A DNA stretch of 64,000 bases from Candidatus Latescibacterota bacterium (GTDB lineage Bacteria; Latescibacterota; CBDEFO01). The notes beneath the pieces were generated by a model. It ran no database searches. It saw only the letters and a program-made list of their open reading frames with translations, and was not told the DNA's origin. Made by a program: the position numbers and the translations under genes. This document shows, one piece after another, positions 45,916 to 56,024 of this stretch; positions within the stretch are counted from its first letter, which is position 1, and every line of letters begins with the position of its first letter. The stretch covers positions 59,570 to 123,569 of the forward strand of contig CBDEFO010000001.1 of the NCBI GenBank assembly GCA_965237525.1. Reading direction: 5' to 3'.

Positions 45916-45971
45916 CCATATTTGAAGAGCCGTCTAAAGTTGTGGGCAAATAGTACTTAGAGAGTACCCAG

Positions 45972-46571
45972 ATGGAATTATATAGGTATGGGTTTACGTT
46001 TCTTGTTGAGATGATAGGGTTAGGTGCTGTGGGGATATTACTTATAATTCTCCATTTTTATCGGGTGACTAATAACTCGGACCGTGCTATCCTAGTGATG
46101 TTACTCACTGACGGGATTGTTGGCTGCATTGCCATTGTTGTGTTCCTATTTACTGATGGCTGGCAAGCTGTTCGGTTGGTTTTCGGCCTGGGACCAGGAC
46201 CTACGAATTTGAACCTAACAGATCAAGTGATTCCGCTCCTGTTTCTTGTTGACGCTGTAGGACTCTGTATTTTGATTGTCCTTAGCGGTGGATCAGATAG
46301 AAGTCTCTTCATGCCCTTGTTGCTTGCCTTACCAGTCCTTGCTATTATATTAAGTGAAGGTATATTGAGTGAAGGCAGAACATATTTGCCCTATTTGCCC
46401 TATGGGTATTTTCTCTTCATTTTAATAGCCTATGGCATAACACTCTTCCTTCGGAGAAATATCTTCAATTCATTTCAAATATGTCGGCTAACTTTCTATA
46501 AGGTAATGAATCTATCTGTCATGGTGGTGTCAATATTATCTATGATAATTTCATATGCAGTCACTCACTAA
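45972..46571 (+). CDS. Hypothetical multi-TM membrane protein
   Basis: 199 aa with about 6 hydrophobic segments; paralogue at 43315..43799. Confidence 0.7.
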   Translation: MELYRYGFTFLVEMIGLGAVGILLIILHFYRVTNNSDRAILVMLLTDGIVGCIAIVVFLFTDGWQAVRLVFGLGPGPTNLNLTDQVIPLLFLVDAVGLCILIVLSGGSDRSLFMPLLLALPVLAIILSEGILSEGRTYLPYLPYGYFLFILIAYGITLFLRRNIFNSFQICRLTFYKVMNLSVMVVSILSMIISYAVTH

Positions 46572-46690
46572 TGGCGGAGCGACCTGAGATATTTCAGCTA
46601 TCAGTTCAAATAGGATTCTGCCTATAGTAAAAAAATGCTAAATTTTGTGTAGAACGTCAAGGAAAATAAGAGCAAGATCCCCAATGGAAG

Positions 46691-47671
46691 GTGGGACAAA
46701 ATGTCCTTGACCATTTGAACGTTTCAATATATACTGACAGTATCATGGTTGAAGATGACGTCATAATAACAGATATACAGGACCCCGAGCAGGTCAGAGT
46801 CGAATGTCCAGAACTCCAGAAGGCGGTCTGGGGCTACTCCGATTTTCGGGAGTGTTATCCCCCTCAGCTCTATCTGATCCAAAGCAAGATCGGCGGCTCT
46901 GCCAAGATAGCGTTATATAAAGGAAAAGTGGTCGGCTTTGCCCTTGCACTTGCCGCCTGGGACCCCGAAAAGAAGAAATACTATCAGTTTTCTCAGATAT
47001 TAGGGATCGATAGAACGTTCAGGAATAAGGGCGTCGGATTCAAGCTGAAGCTTGCCCAAAGAGAACACGCCCTTTTGTCTGGAGTTGACGAAATTCGATG
47101 GACCTTTGATCCCTTAGAGGGGGGGAATACCAGTCTCAACGTATCCAACCTGGGCGGGATTGCCAGAGAGTATCTCGAAGACCCCTACCGGGGAGCATTG
47201 AACCCAGGGGAAAGGAATGAGGGTGATATAGCGGACAGATTTCAGCTTGAGTGGTGGATCAGAAGCAAGAGAGTAGAAAGTATCCTGCAAAGTAGGAGTC
47301 ACACCTGTGCTCCCCAGGCATACAGAACGAATCCGAAGGAGCTTATCGAATCGGGGAAAGCTGTGGTCGTCAATAGAGTCGATCGTATGGGTGATTATCA
47401 GGTTTGCAGCGATCAAATTGACCTGGCTGTCGAGACTCCCTATGCAATCGTGCAGATCCCCGGCGACCTCCAGACGGTAAAGCAGCAGGGGAAATTTGAT
47501 GTGCTTTTAGATTGGAGACGGAAGACCCGCCGCATATTTCAACACTATTTCGACAACGGCTATGTGCTGGTCGACTTCCACAGCACGGTCGTTGAAAAAT
47601 ACGAAAAAAGAAGAGAGAATCTAGGTGTTCTCTATCGGGTCGGCGATCTTCAGAAGTACCTAAACATGTAG
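46691..47671 (+). CDS. GNAT-family N-acyltransferase (likely D-amino acid N-succinyltransferase type)
   Basis: LQKAVWG, RNKGVGFKLKLAQRE, WTFDPL, DRFQLEWW, LDWRRKTR motifs; adjacent to NSAR and M20 genes. Confidence 0.8.
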   Translation: MGQNVLDHLNVSIYTDSIMVEDDVIITDIQDPEQVRVECPELQKAVWGYSDFRECYPPQLYLIQSKIGGSAKIALYKGKVVGFALALAAWDPEKKKYYQFSQILGIDRTFRNKGVGFKLKLAQREHALLSGVDEIRWTFDPLEGGNTSLNVSNLGGIAREYLEDPYRGALNPGERNEGDIADRFQLEWWIRSKRVESILQSRSHTCAPQAYRTNPKELIESGKAVVVNRVDRMGDYQVCSDQIDLAVETPYAIVQIPGDLQTVKQQGKFDVLLDWRRKTRRIFQHYFDNGYVLVDFHSTVVEKYEKRRENLGVLYRVGDLQKYLNM

Positions 47672-47674
47672 ACA

Positions 47675-47777
47675 GTAGGGAACTTTCTCTGTGTGTTCGT
47701 CCTACACGTAGGTCTGCCCCTACGGTGTTTTTCCTGATTTAACCGTCTATGTAGGGGCGAACCCGTGTGTTCGCCCG
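47675..47777. repeat. GTAG-type REP palindromes
   Basis: GTAGGGG...CCCCTAC units between convergent genes; same family at 51214. Confidence 0.75.
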
Positions 47778-47779
47778 AT

Positions 47780-48976
47780 TTATTCGTTGACAGCAGATAA
47801 CAGCTTAGCTAAGGCTATTGCGGCTACTTTTGTGCGCTCATAGAGCGTCGAAAGCTCTATGTACTCATCGAACGTGTGCATATCTCCACCTACAGGACCC
47901 AGGCCGTCAATAGTCGGCACTCCCAGTGCAGAGGTAAAGTTGGCGTCGCCTCCTCCTCCTGTGGACTCGGCGGTTATCTCCACTTTCAATAGCTTTCCGA
48001 TTCCAATCCAGAAGTCCACGAGTTTGGCTGTATCTTCAGTCTCGCGCATCGACGGTCTGGTTATTCCTCCGTCAAAATCGGACTTAGTGCCCTGGACATA
48101 TGAGTATTCGACGATCTTTCTTATCCTCCTTAAAGCTTCCTCTCCATCCTCCCCATCGATAAAGCGAATATCCACTTCGGCAGTGGCTGCGTCGGGGATG
48201 ATGTTCACCTTTGAACCCCCTTCTATCTTTCCGACGCTGACTGTCAGACGTTTATCGTAGTCGGTTATCCTTTGAATCCGGATGATTTTGTGGGAGATCT
48301 CTTCGATTGCGCTTATCCCGTCCTCTGGGTTTATGCCCGAATGTGCCGATTTCCCACGGACAGTTATCTTTACACGCCCTCCGCCTTTCCTCTCTTTAAC
48401 TATGGCTCCCGATCTTCTGGCAGGTTCAAAGGCCAGACAGATATCCCTGCCTTCGGCTTCCCTTTCTATTATCTTTCTGGATGATCTGGATCCTATCTCC
48501 TCATCGCCGTTGAGGATAACGGAAATATCGGCATCGTCCAGGTCGCCGAAGGCTTTCAACGCCTTGAGGGCGTACAACATAACGACAGCGGAACCCTTGT
48601 CGTCAACTACTCCAGGACCCGTTGCAATGTCGCCCTTCCTCTGAAATCTCTGAAAAGGGCTCTCCTTAGAATATACGGTATCCATGTGAGCCAGGAGTAT
48701 AATTCTTGGTGAGTTATCAGAATGGGATTTAGCTACGATGTGTCTTACGGCGCCTTTTGGCTTGATAAGTTGAACGGAAAATCCAATCTCCGCAAGGTGG
48801 GGGATAAGGAGTTCTCCCACCTTGGATATGCCCTCGAAGTTATCAGAGCCGCTGTTGATGTTCACTGTTTCCTTTAGCAGCGATACCATCTCGTCTTTCT
48901 TGTTATCTATATATCCGATGATGGATAGCTCGTCCTTGTTGAGCGCGTCCGTTCTATGTGTCAAATCCAGATTCAA
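47780..48976 (-). CDS. M20-family metallopeptidase (glutamate carboxypeptidase-like)
   Basis: AHMDTV, GVVDDKG, GDEEIGS, GKSAHSG, DGLGPVGGDMH. Confidence 0.9.
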   Translation of the reverse strand: MNLDLTHRTDALNKDELSIIGYIDNKKDEMVSLLKETVNINSGSDNFEGISKVGELLIPHLAEIGFSVQLIKPKGAVRHIVAKSHSDNSPRIILLAHMDTVYSKESPFQRFQRKGDIATGPGVVDDKGSAVVMLYALKALKAFGDLDDADISVILNGDEEIGSRSSRKIIEREAEGRDICLAFEPARRSGAIVKERKGGGRVKITVRGKSAHSGINPEDGISAIEEISHKIIRIQRITDYDKRLTVSVGKIEGGSKVNIIPDAATAEVDIRFIDGEDGEEALRRIRKIVEYSYVQGTKSDFDGGITRPSMRETEDTAKLVDFWIGIGKLLKVEITAESTGGGGDANFTSALGVPTIDGLGPVGGDMHTFDEYIELSTLYERTKVAAIALAKLLSAVNE

Positions 48977-48996
48977 CTGTTGAACCTCCTTGGAGT

Positions 48997-50097
48997 CTAA
49001 AATTTAGCCTCCTTGACAGTGTATTTTTCTATCCTCTCGTCGTTTACCTCAAATCCTAAGCCGGGTATCTGGGGAACTTCTATTTGCCCTTTGACGCATA
49101 CAATCGGCGGATCGACTATCTCCTCATCGTAGTACCTGTCACTGCCTGAGATGTCTCCGGGCAGCGAGAAATTCGGCAGGGACGATAGAGCTATGTTGTG
49201 CGCCCGTCCGATTCCGGTCTCAAGCTTCCCTCCGCACCACACCGGGACTCCCTCGCCCTGGCAGACATCGTGCAGTCTTTTGCTCTCCCACAGTCCGCCC
49301 ACCCTTGCAGGTTTGATATTTATCACCTTGCAGCTGCCGAATCTGATAGCCTGAAGGGCGTCCTCAGCGGAGCCTATCCCTTCGTCCAGACAAACAGGAG
49401 TGGAAATCTGGCTCTGAAGAAGGGCGTGATTGTAGAGGTCGTCCTCCCGGAAGGGCTGTTCTATCATCATCAAGTGGTATCTGTCCAATTCCTTTAAAAT
49501 ATCGATCTGATCGGGGCTGTATGCACAGTTGGCGTCCACTGTAAGGGGAATGTCGCTGAAGGTCTTTCGTATCTCTTTTATAATCTGGACGTCCCAGCCC
49601 GGCTTTATCTTGACCTTTATGCGCTTGTAGCCCTGTGAGTGGAACTTATCCATCCTCTCGATAAGCTGGGATATGGAATCCTGTATCCCGATGCTGACGC
49701 CCGATTCGATTGATTTTCTCCTCCCGCCTAAAAGCTGGTACAGCGGCTTTCCCTCCTTCAACGACAGAAGATGCCAGAACGCCTCTTCTGTCCCGGTCTT
49801 TGCAATCTTGTACGAGGCGATGTTACTGTAGATTCTCTGCAGCTCCTCGGTCCCGTCCATTTCTGCGCCGACAAGTTCGGGGAGTATGTAAGTCTCCAAT
49901 ATGTGCCAGCATACAAATGAACTCTCGAAGTAGTGGGAGGGATCGGCGTATGTGGCGCACTCTCCGTAGCCGACGAGGTTCCCAGAGAACATCTTCACCA
50001 GCAGGTGTTCTGTGGAGTCGTACCTGCCCCAACTGGTCTCGAAGTGATGTTTTAGAGGCATCTTTAGCCATATAAGTTCGGCTGCATCAATCTTCAT
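48997..50097 (-). CDS. menC: o-succinylbenzoate synthase / N-succinylamino acid racemase family enzyme
   Basis: GYKRIKVKIKPG, VDAN, IEQP, CLDE, NIKPARVGG, WCGGKLE, PGDISGSDRYY. Confidence 0.88.
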   Translation of the reverse strand: MKIDAAELIWLKMPLKHHFETSWGRYDSTEHLLVKMFSGNLVGYGECATYADPSHYFESSFVCWHILETYILPELVGAEMDGTEELQRIYSNIASYKIAKTGTEEAFWHLLSLKEGKPLYQLLGGRRKSIESGVSIGIQDSISQLIERMDKFHSQGYKRIKVKIKPGWDVQIIKEIRKTFSDIPLTVDANCAYSPDQIDILKELDRYHLMMIEQPFREDDLYNHALLQSQISTPVCLDEGIGSAEDALQAIRFGSCKVINIKPARVGGLWESKRLHDVCQGEGVPVWCGGKLETGIGRAHNIALSSLPNFSLPGDISGSDRYYDEEIVDPPIVCVKGQIEVPQIPGLGFEVNDERIEKYTVKEAKF

Positions 50098-50214
50098 AGT
50101 GTAATTTCATCTCCATTATCCGCTTGACAATGTCCCGCGGAACGATATACTTTGAAGGTGTTCAAGGATATGATGTTGTATGACATTCTGTCGACCTCAT
50201 AAAAAGTGACATTT

Positions 50215-50653
50215 ATGACAAAAGAAAAATTTAAGTTAATACCGACCTCACATTTAATGTTGATAAGAGATGATAAAATCCTGCTGCTTAGACGCTTTAA
50301 TACAGGGTATGAAGATGGAAATTATAGCGTTGTTGCTGGTCATCTTGACGGAAATGAAACTTTTATTCAAGCTATGATAAGAGAAGCAAGAGAAGAAGCT
50401 GGTATTGATATAAAACCAGAAGACTTGGAAGTTATCCATAGTAATGTACAGAAAAGTCCCAAATGAAGAGAGAATCGATTTCTTTATCAAGGCAAATAAC
50501 GGGGAAGGTGAACCTAAGATTATGGAACCTAATAAATGCGATGATTTAGGCTGGTTTAAGCTGGACAATCTTCCAAAGAATATAATCCCTTATGTAAAAC
50601 AGGCAATTGATAATATCAAAAATAGAATATTTTACAGTGAAAACGGGTGGTAA
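50215..50653 (+). pseudogene. NUDIX hydrolase, frameshifted near 50440
   Basis: Nudix box AGHLDGNET...REAREEAG; the C-half (IMEPNKCDDLGWF) is in another frame; very AT-rich. Confidence 0.8.
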
Positions 50654-50695
50654 ATTATTCAATGGGTGAAACGATTTGAAGCCTCCGGATCTAAT

Positions 50696-51217
50696 ATGCA
50701 GGCCGATATAGACAAGATTCTCATCACGGAAAAGGATATTCAAGATAAAGTTCTCCAACTCGGAGAGGCGATTTCGCGTGACTATGAGGGTAAATATCCC
50801 CTCCTTATCGGCGTCTTAAAGGGAGCGACTGTCTTTATGTCCGATCTTGCGCGCTCGATCCGGATCCCTTTAGAATTAAACTACATAAGTATATCGAGCT
50901 ACGGAAGCTCCGCTGAGACTTCAGGTGAAGTTCGTCTGGTGAAGGATCTCGACGAGGCAGTCGAAGACAGACACGTTCTCATAGTTGAGGACATAGTGGA
51001 TACCGGCCTTACTTTAAGCTATCTCATCAGGAACATCAGCGCCCGAAGACCAAAGAGCGTCAAGGTCTGTGCACTTTTGGACAAGCCCTCCCGAAGGATA
51101 CAGGAGGTGCAGATAGACTACAAAGGCTTTGAAATCCCCGACAAGTTCGTGGTCGGCTACGGTCTCGACTACGCTCAGAAGTACAGAAATTTGCCTTATA
51201 TTTGCACACTAAAGTAG
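50696..51217 (+). CDS. hpt: Hypoxanthine phosphoribosyltransferase
   Basis: LKGA, VLIVEDIVDTGLTL, FVVGYGLDY, YRNLPY. Confidence 0.95.
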   Translation: MQADIDKILITEKDIQDKVLQLGEAISRDYEGKYPLLIGVLKGATVFMSDLARSIRIPLELNYISISSYGSSAETSGEVRLVKDLDEAVEDRHVLIVEDIVDTGLTLSYLIRNISARRPKSVKVCALLDKPSRRIQEVQIDYKGFEIPDKFVVGYGLDYAQKYRNLPYICTLK

Positions 51218-51352
51218 GGGCAGACCCGTGTGTCTGCCCTGAAAATACGGATAGATGGGGCGGACACATAGGTTCGCCCCTACGAATACATATCAAACGG
51301 CAATGTAGGGGCTGGGTTTCCCAGCCCCTGGGCGAGGGGACCTCGCCCCTAC
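51214..51352. repeat. GTAG-type REP cluster (BIME-like)
   Basis: Two inverted GTAGGGGC...GCCCCTAC pairs between hpt and glyA. Confidence 0.8.
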
Positions 51353-51386
51353 AGCTTTTCTCTACCTACTATTACTACCTACTTAT

Positions 51387-52646
51387 TCAGCAGTAGCATA
51401 TCCTCGTGAAATCTGACCGGAAGCTATTGACCTCGCCTTTAACGTCTTTGCCCTCTATTACCGCCTCCCTGAACAGTTTGGCTATTCTTCCCATCTCATC
51501 TTCCTTCATCCCAAAGCGAGTCATCTCCTGGACGCCTATTCTTAAGCCTCTTGGGTTTCTGGGATCTGGGTCTCCGAAAAGGAGATTGTAATTTAAGATA
51601 ATGTCGTTCTCCTCCAATCTCTGGGCGACTATTTTGCCTCCGCCGAGGCGGGAGACATCCACGGCGACCTGATGGCTTTCGGTGTAACCGAACTCTTTTG
51701 CCTCCACGTGGAAGCCTTCTTGATCTAAAGCTTTCGCCAAGGCTTTGGCGTTGGATACTGTCTCTCTGGCGTAGTCGGCTCCGAAAGCTTTCATCTCGCG
51801 TATGGTCACGACCAAAGGAGGCAGTGTATGGAGATGATGATTACTGGACGATCCGGGGAAGACACCTCTGTCAACTCTCTTCCACCATGCGCTTTCTGAG
51901 TCGAGGTCGCTTGTGATCACGCCCCTCTGGGGCCCGGGAAAGGTCTTGTGAGTGCTGGCGCTTAGAAGGTGCGCTCCTTCTTTTAAGGGATCCTGAAATT
52001 TCCCCCCCGCAATCAGCCCGAATACGTGCGCCCCGTCGTAGAGGATCGGTATCCTCTTTTCTGACGATATGTCCAAGAATTCCTCTACCGGCTCAGGAAA
52101 GAGAAAGAGACTCCTTCCGAATACCAAGAGCTTGGGGTTTACTTCGTCTATCAGGTCGAGGGCTTCGGGCACGTCTATGTGGTAGCCGTCCTCTGTAAGT
52201 GGGAAGAAATGGAGGTTGACATCTGTTATCTTTTGCCCGGAGACTTGAATCCGCCTCCCAAGGCCGCCTATCCTGTTGTGACTGATGTGTCCTCCGGCGT
52301 CTGTGGAGTTGGCTATGACTGCGTCTCCACCCCCAAGGAAGGTGAAGAAAATTCCAATATTGGCCTGATTTCCGCTTGTGGGTCTGACATCGGCCTGTTT
52401 ACAGTTTAGAAGTTCTTTAAGTTCCTTTGATGCCACAGATTCGATCTGGTCTATATATTTTGTGCCCTGATAGTAGCGGGATCCCGGATGTCCTTCGGCG
52501 TATCGGTGGGCAAAGTCAGATATTGACAAGCTCCTTGTAGCAGGACTTATGGAGTTTTCGCTGGCGATGAGATTTATCGTCTTTCTCCCCCGCCATTCGT
52601 CCTGTTCCTTTACTATCTTTTCTATGTCGCTGATGTCAACAGGCAT
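51387..52646 (-). CDS. glyA: Serine hydroxymethyltransferase (archaeal-type motifs)
   Basis: LIASEN, YAEG, GGHISH, YDGAH, STHKTFPGPQRG, GLRIG. Confidence 0.93.
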   Translation of the reverse strand: MPVDISDIEKIVKEQDEWRGRKTINLIASENSISPATRSLSISDFAHRYAEGHPGSRYYQGTKYIDQIESVASKELKELLNCKQADVRPTSGNQANIGIFFTFLGGGDAVIANSTDAGGHISHNRIGGLGRRIQVSGQKITDVNLHFFPLTEDGYHIDVPEALDLIDEVNPKLLVFGRSLFLFPEPVEEFLDISSEKRIPILYDGAHVFGLIAGGKFQDPLKEGAHLLSASTHKTFPGPQRGVITSDLDSESAWWKRVDRGVFPGSSSNHHLHTLPPLVVTIREMKAFGADYARETVSNAKALAKALDQEGFHVEAKEFGYTESHQVAVDVSRLGGGKIVAQRLEENDIILNYNLLFGDPDPRNPRGLRIGVQEMTRFGMKEDEMGRIAKLFREAVIEGKDVKGEVNSFRSDFTRICYC

Positions 52647-52731
52647 CTTTTTCTCTCTCTTTTTAAATAAGCCTATTTCATCAAAGTCAGCTTCGTTGTC
52701 TCTACGAATACAACCGCCTCTAACTGTAAAG

Positions 52732-55700
52732 CTATCTTGTCATGCCGAAGTTATCCAGAAAGATCACAAAGTCGGACAGAGCGATCTCGTCATTACCATC
52801 CAAATCAAATGTAGGATCCCAATCGGCAGAACTGGTCGTTGCCCCGAACGCATCTAGAAAAAGGACAAAATCGGAAAGACCTACTTCATTGTTCCCGTCG
52901 AAATCTCCGACAAGGCCAGGGACACCACCATCAGTCATAAGGGGATCTTCCACAATCAGTGTACCGGTGAAGCCATGTATGGTATGCTGAATGACGTAAC
53001 TCCCGGTATCAGTGGGTGTGAACTCAAAAGTTGTGACAGCCCGCGGCAACACGTTGCCCTGTTCGATGGAAAGAGGAGCCGTCATCCAAGGCTCAATACT
53101 GACCCAATGCTCGTCATCAAGGCTGATATTGTAAATTGTGAGGGGAATACCTCGCAGCACGCGAATGGTAGAAGGGAAAATTTGCGTTTGTGCGTTGCTG
53201 TGAATGAGCGAAACGGCCTGCTGACCCAGTTCTATTTTCTTGGCATCGACCGAAATCGAATCTTCACTAATTATGATGTCCCCCGTAAACCCGTGACCGA
53301 TGTTCTGGATTTGGTAGGTTCCAACATCTTGCGGCGTGAACTCGACAGTCATGACTTCACCTACGCGCACAATGTCTGTCGCATCGATAAAGGGTAGAAT
53401 GCGCAGACGATTGACGTGTTCACGAGAATCAGTGGTGACCAGAAGCCGCAAAGGTTGACCAGAAGGCGAGATAATAGGATCAGGAAAGAAATCCGTATAG
53501 AGCTTTTGAATTACCGATACTACATGCACGGACTCCTGCGCCGGAGTTTCGTTAAGTAGAATCGTTACTGTGTTATCGCCAGTGTTTGGAACGGCAAGAT
53601 CAGGTCGACCATCGCCATTGAAGTCGCCGGAGACGATGGCATGTGGTGCTAAACCAACCGGGAAAAGTTGCGCTTCAGCGAAGCTATCCATGCCATTGTT
53701 CAAGAGCACTGCAATGTTATCATTGACGCCATCAGCCACCGCCAAATCACTTTTCCCATCGCCATCAAAATCTTCGATGATGACCGCAAATGAGCCGTCG
53801 CCTGCAGCATAGGAGGAGCCGGTAAAACTTCCCTGCTTATCGGAAAAAAGTACGGTTACCGTCCCATCCAGTAAACAAGCTACCGCGATATCAGAAATGC
53901 CATCCTGATTCAAATCGCCTACAGCGATGTTCTTGGGTGCCTTGCCAACCGGAATCGCCGATTCTAAAGCAAATCTACCCGCCCCATCTCCTGCCAGCAC
54001 CACCAACGTATCGCTGAGATCGTTGCCAACTGCTAAGTCGATGAAGCCATCACCATTAAAATCAGATGCCTCTATTGGCACGGGGCCATCGCCGGTGTAA
54101 AAGTCGCCTACTTTCATAAAATTACCATCGCCATCGCCCAACAAGACGGTGACGTTGTCGTCATCACGATTGGTGACTGCAAGATCGATATGCATGTCTT
54201 CATTGAAATCAGAAATCGCAATCCAGCGAGGTCCTGCCCCGGTCGCAAAGAAAGTTGGGGTGAGGAAGCCACCTGTACCGTCTCCCATAAACACGCTAAC
54301 CGTGTTGCTATCTCGATTAGCAGTGACTGCATCCAGCACACCATCCTCATTAAAGTCGCCAGAGGCAATGGCATGCGGTGCTTTATGAACGGTAGCAATA
54401 CTATCCTGAGGTGTAAAAGAGCCGGAGCCATCTCCAGAAAGAAGCGAAATCGTTGAACCACGTATATTTGCAACGGCCAGATCACGATTGCCGTCGCGAT
54501 CCAGGTCAATTAAAATTGCCGAGCGTGGGCCGTTGCCAGCTGGTACGGCCGTGGAAGAAAATTGCAATATCTGTGCTTGGGTGAGGAGTGGTGTGATTGA
54601 AGGCATAACGGTTATTTATCAAATGAAATCGGTGCACTTCTCTTTCGATCTTTGATTGATCTTGAATGATAGGTTTTCGACAATCTTTGGTTTCTGTTCT
54701 TTTTCAAAATGGATGTATAATTGTTCTTCTTTTAGGTTCCATTCAGCCAGGACAAAGTAGTTGGTGTAAGAGGAGGGAAGAGATACTTTCTCATTTAGGA
54801 CATCGATAAAGGCTTTATCTGTCTGTTCTGTGTCCTGTTTGACTTGTCTGATAAAATAGGTCTTGGGAATGAAATCTTTCTCGTTTGACTTCTCTTGCTT
54901 AGGTGGACGGTAGCCGGTGTATCTCTGTGATGAAAGATTAAACCATTCTAACTTCTGATCAACTTCTTGTAAGCTTTTGAACTGAATTCTGTTCCAGAAC
55001 TTCCTTGAAAATACAGAATTGTTGCCTTCTATAGATGCTTGAGAAAAGGGCCTTCTGGGAACGGCAAATATCGGAATCACTTGATTTTTCAAGAGAAACT
55101 GCATTGCTTTGCTGACATTCCTTTCACCTGAAACACTGCCAATAGTCGCCGAGCAATTGTCCACCTTAACGAAATCTGGTTTTTCAAACCTGTCAAAGAA
55201 AGACTGACACTTCTCGATAAAGTTAGTTGCTGTTTGACCGTCAACCCGCCGAAAATACCTTAACTTAGGCTCTTTCTTAAAGGAAAATCCAACGAAGTTG
55301 ACCGGCTCAGTTCTGCCGGTAAGATACTTTTTACCAATAAAGTCTGATTCTAGGACTCTGCCTCCTGAAAGATAGTAAATGGTATACTCTGGATAACAAA
55401 GATAACGAGATGCACCCTTGTTTTTACCTTTCTTCCTTCTCTGGGAAAGTCCTAAATCTGAAAGCATTCTGCCGATAGTCGGCAACGACGGAGGAGGGGT
55501 GCTAGAATATCGATTCCTCCATTCTTGTTCAATAACAGTGGCTCCTGAATAGAACTGATAAGGATCGTCCTCTAAGCTATGGTAAATCTCTTTGATTCTC
55601 TGTTCGTCAACTTTAGCCAATTTTCGCCTTTTTCCTTTTGGCCAACCCCGATTATCTATGGCAAAATCCTGATCCGGAGATTTAGTCCAAGCTGTAACGA

Positions 55701-55950
55701 AATCATTGGAAACTCTCGCTTGTTTGATAACTTCTCGCTTTGACATTTCTTTCTTAAAATACATCTCGTTGACTTCTTGTCTTAATACGGCCAATCTCTC
55801 TTTGTCCATAGGACTCCGTAGATTAAAGTTAAGACAATCAACTCAACTTAATCTACTAATACTCTAAACAAAGATCAAATTAGGTGCACCGATTTCATTT
55901 GATATTCAACCCATAACCAGTAAATAAAGAGTATTAATCAAATGCTTCAT
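52732..55950 (-). pseudogene. Secreted FG-GAP + two cupredoxin-like + EF-hand dockerin-like protein; IS inserted in its signal peptide
   Basis: RBS GAGGAGG and ATG at 55950 give MKHLINTLYLLVM|PSITPLLTQAQ once the IS is removed. FG-GAP repeats; C-terminus GDFDGNNEVGLSDF...DLDGNDEIALSDF. Confidence 0.85.
54610..55911 (-). mobile_element. IS481-like element copy 4 (transposase 54619..55809)
   Basis: Same TIRs; perfect 6-bp TSD CATAAC. Confidence 0.93.
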
Positions 55951-56024
55951 GAGAATACCTCCTCATTCAAGTAGCTGTGGCTAATGAGACCAGCGATAAC
56001 GTATCAGTGTTGTTGCTGGAACGC

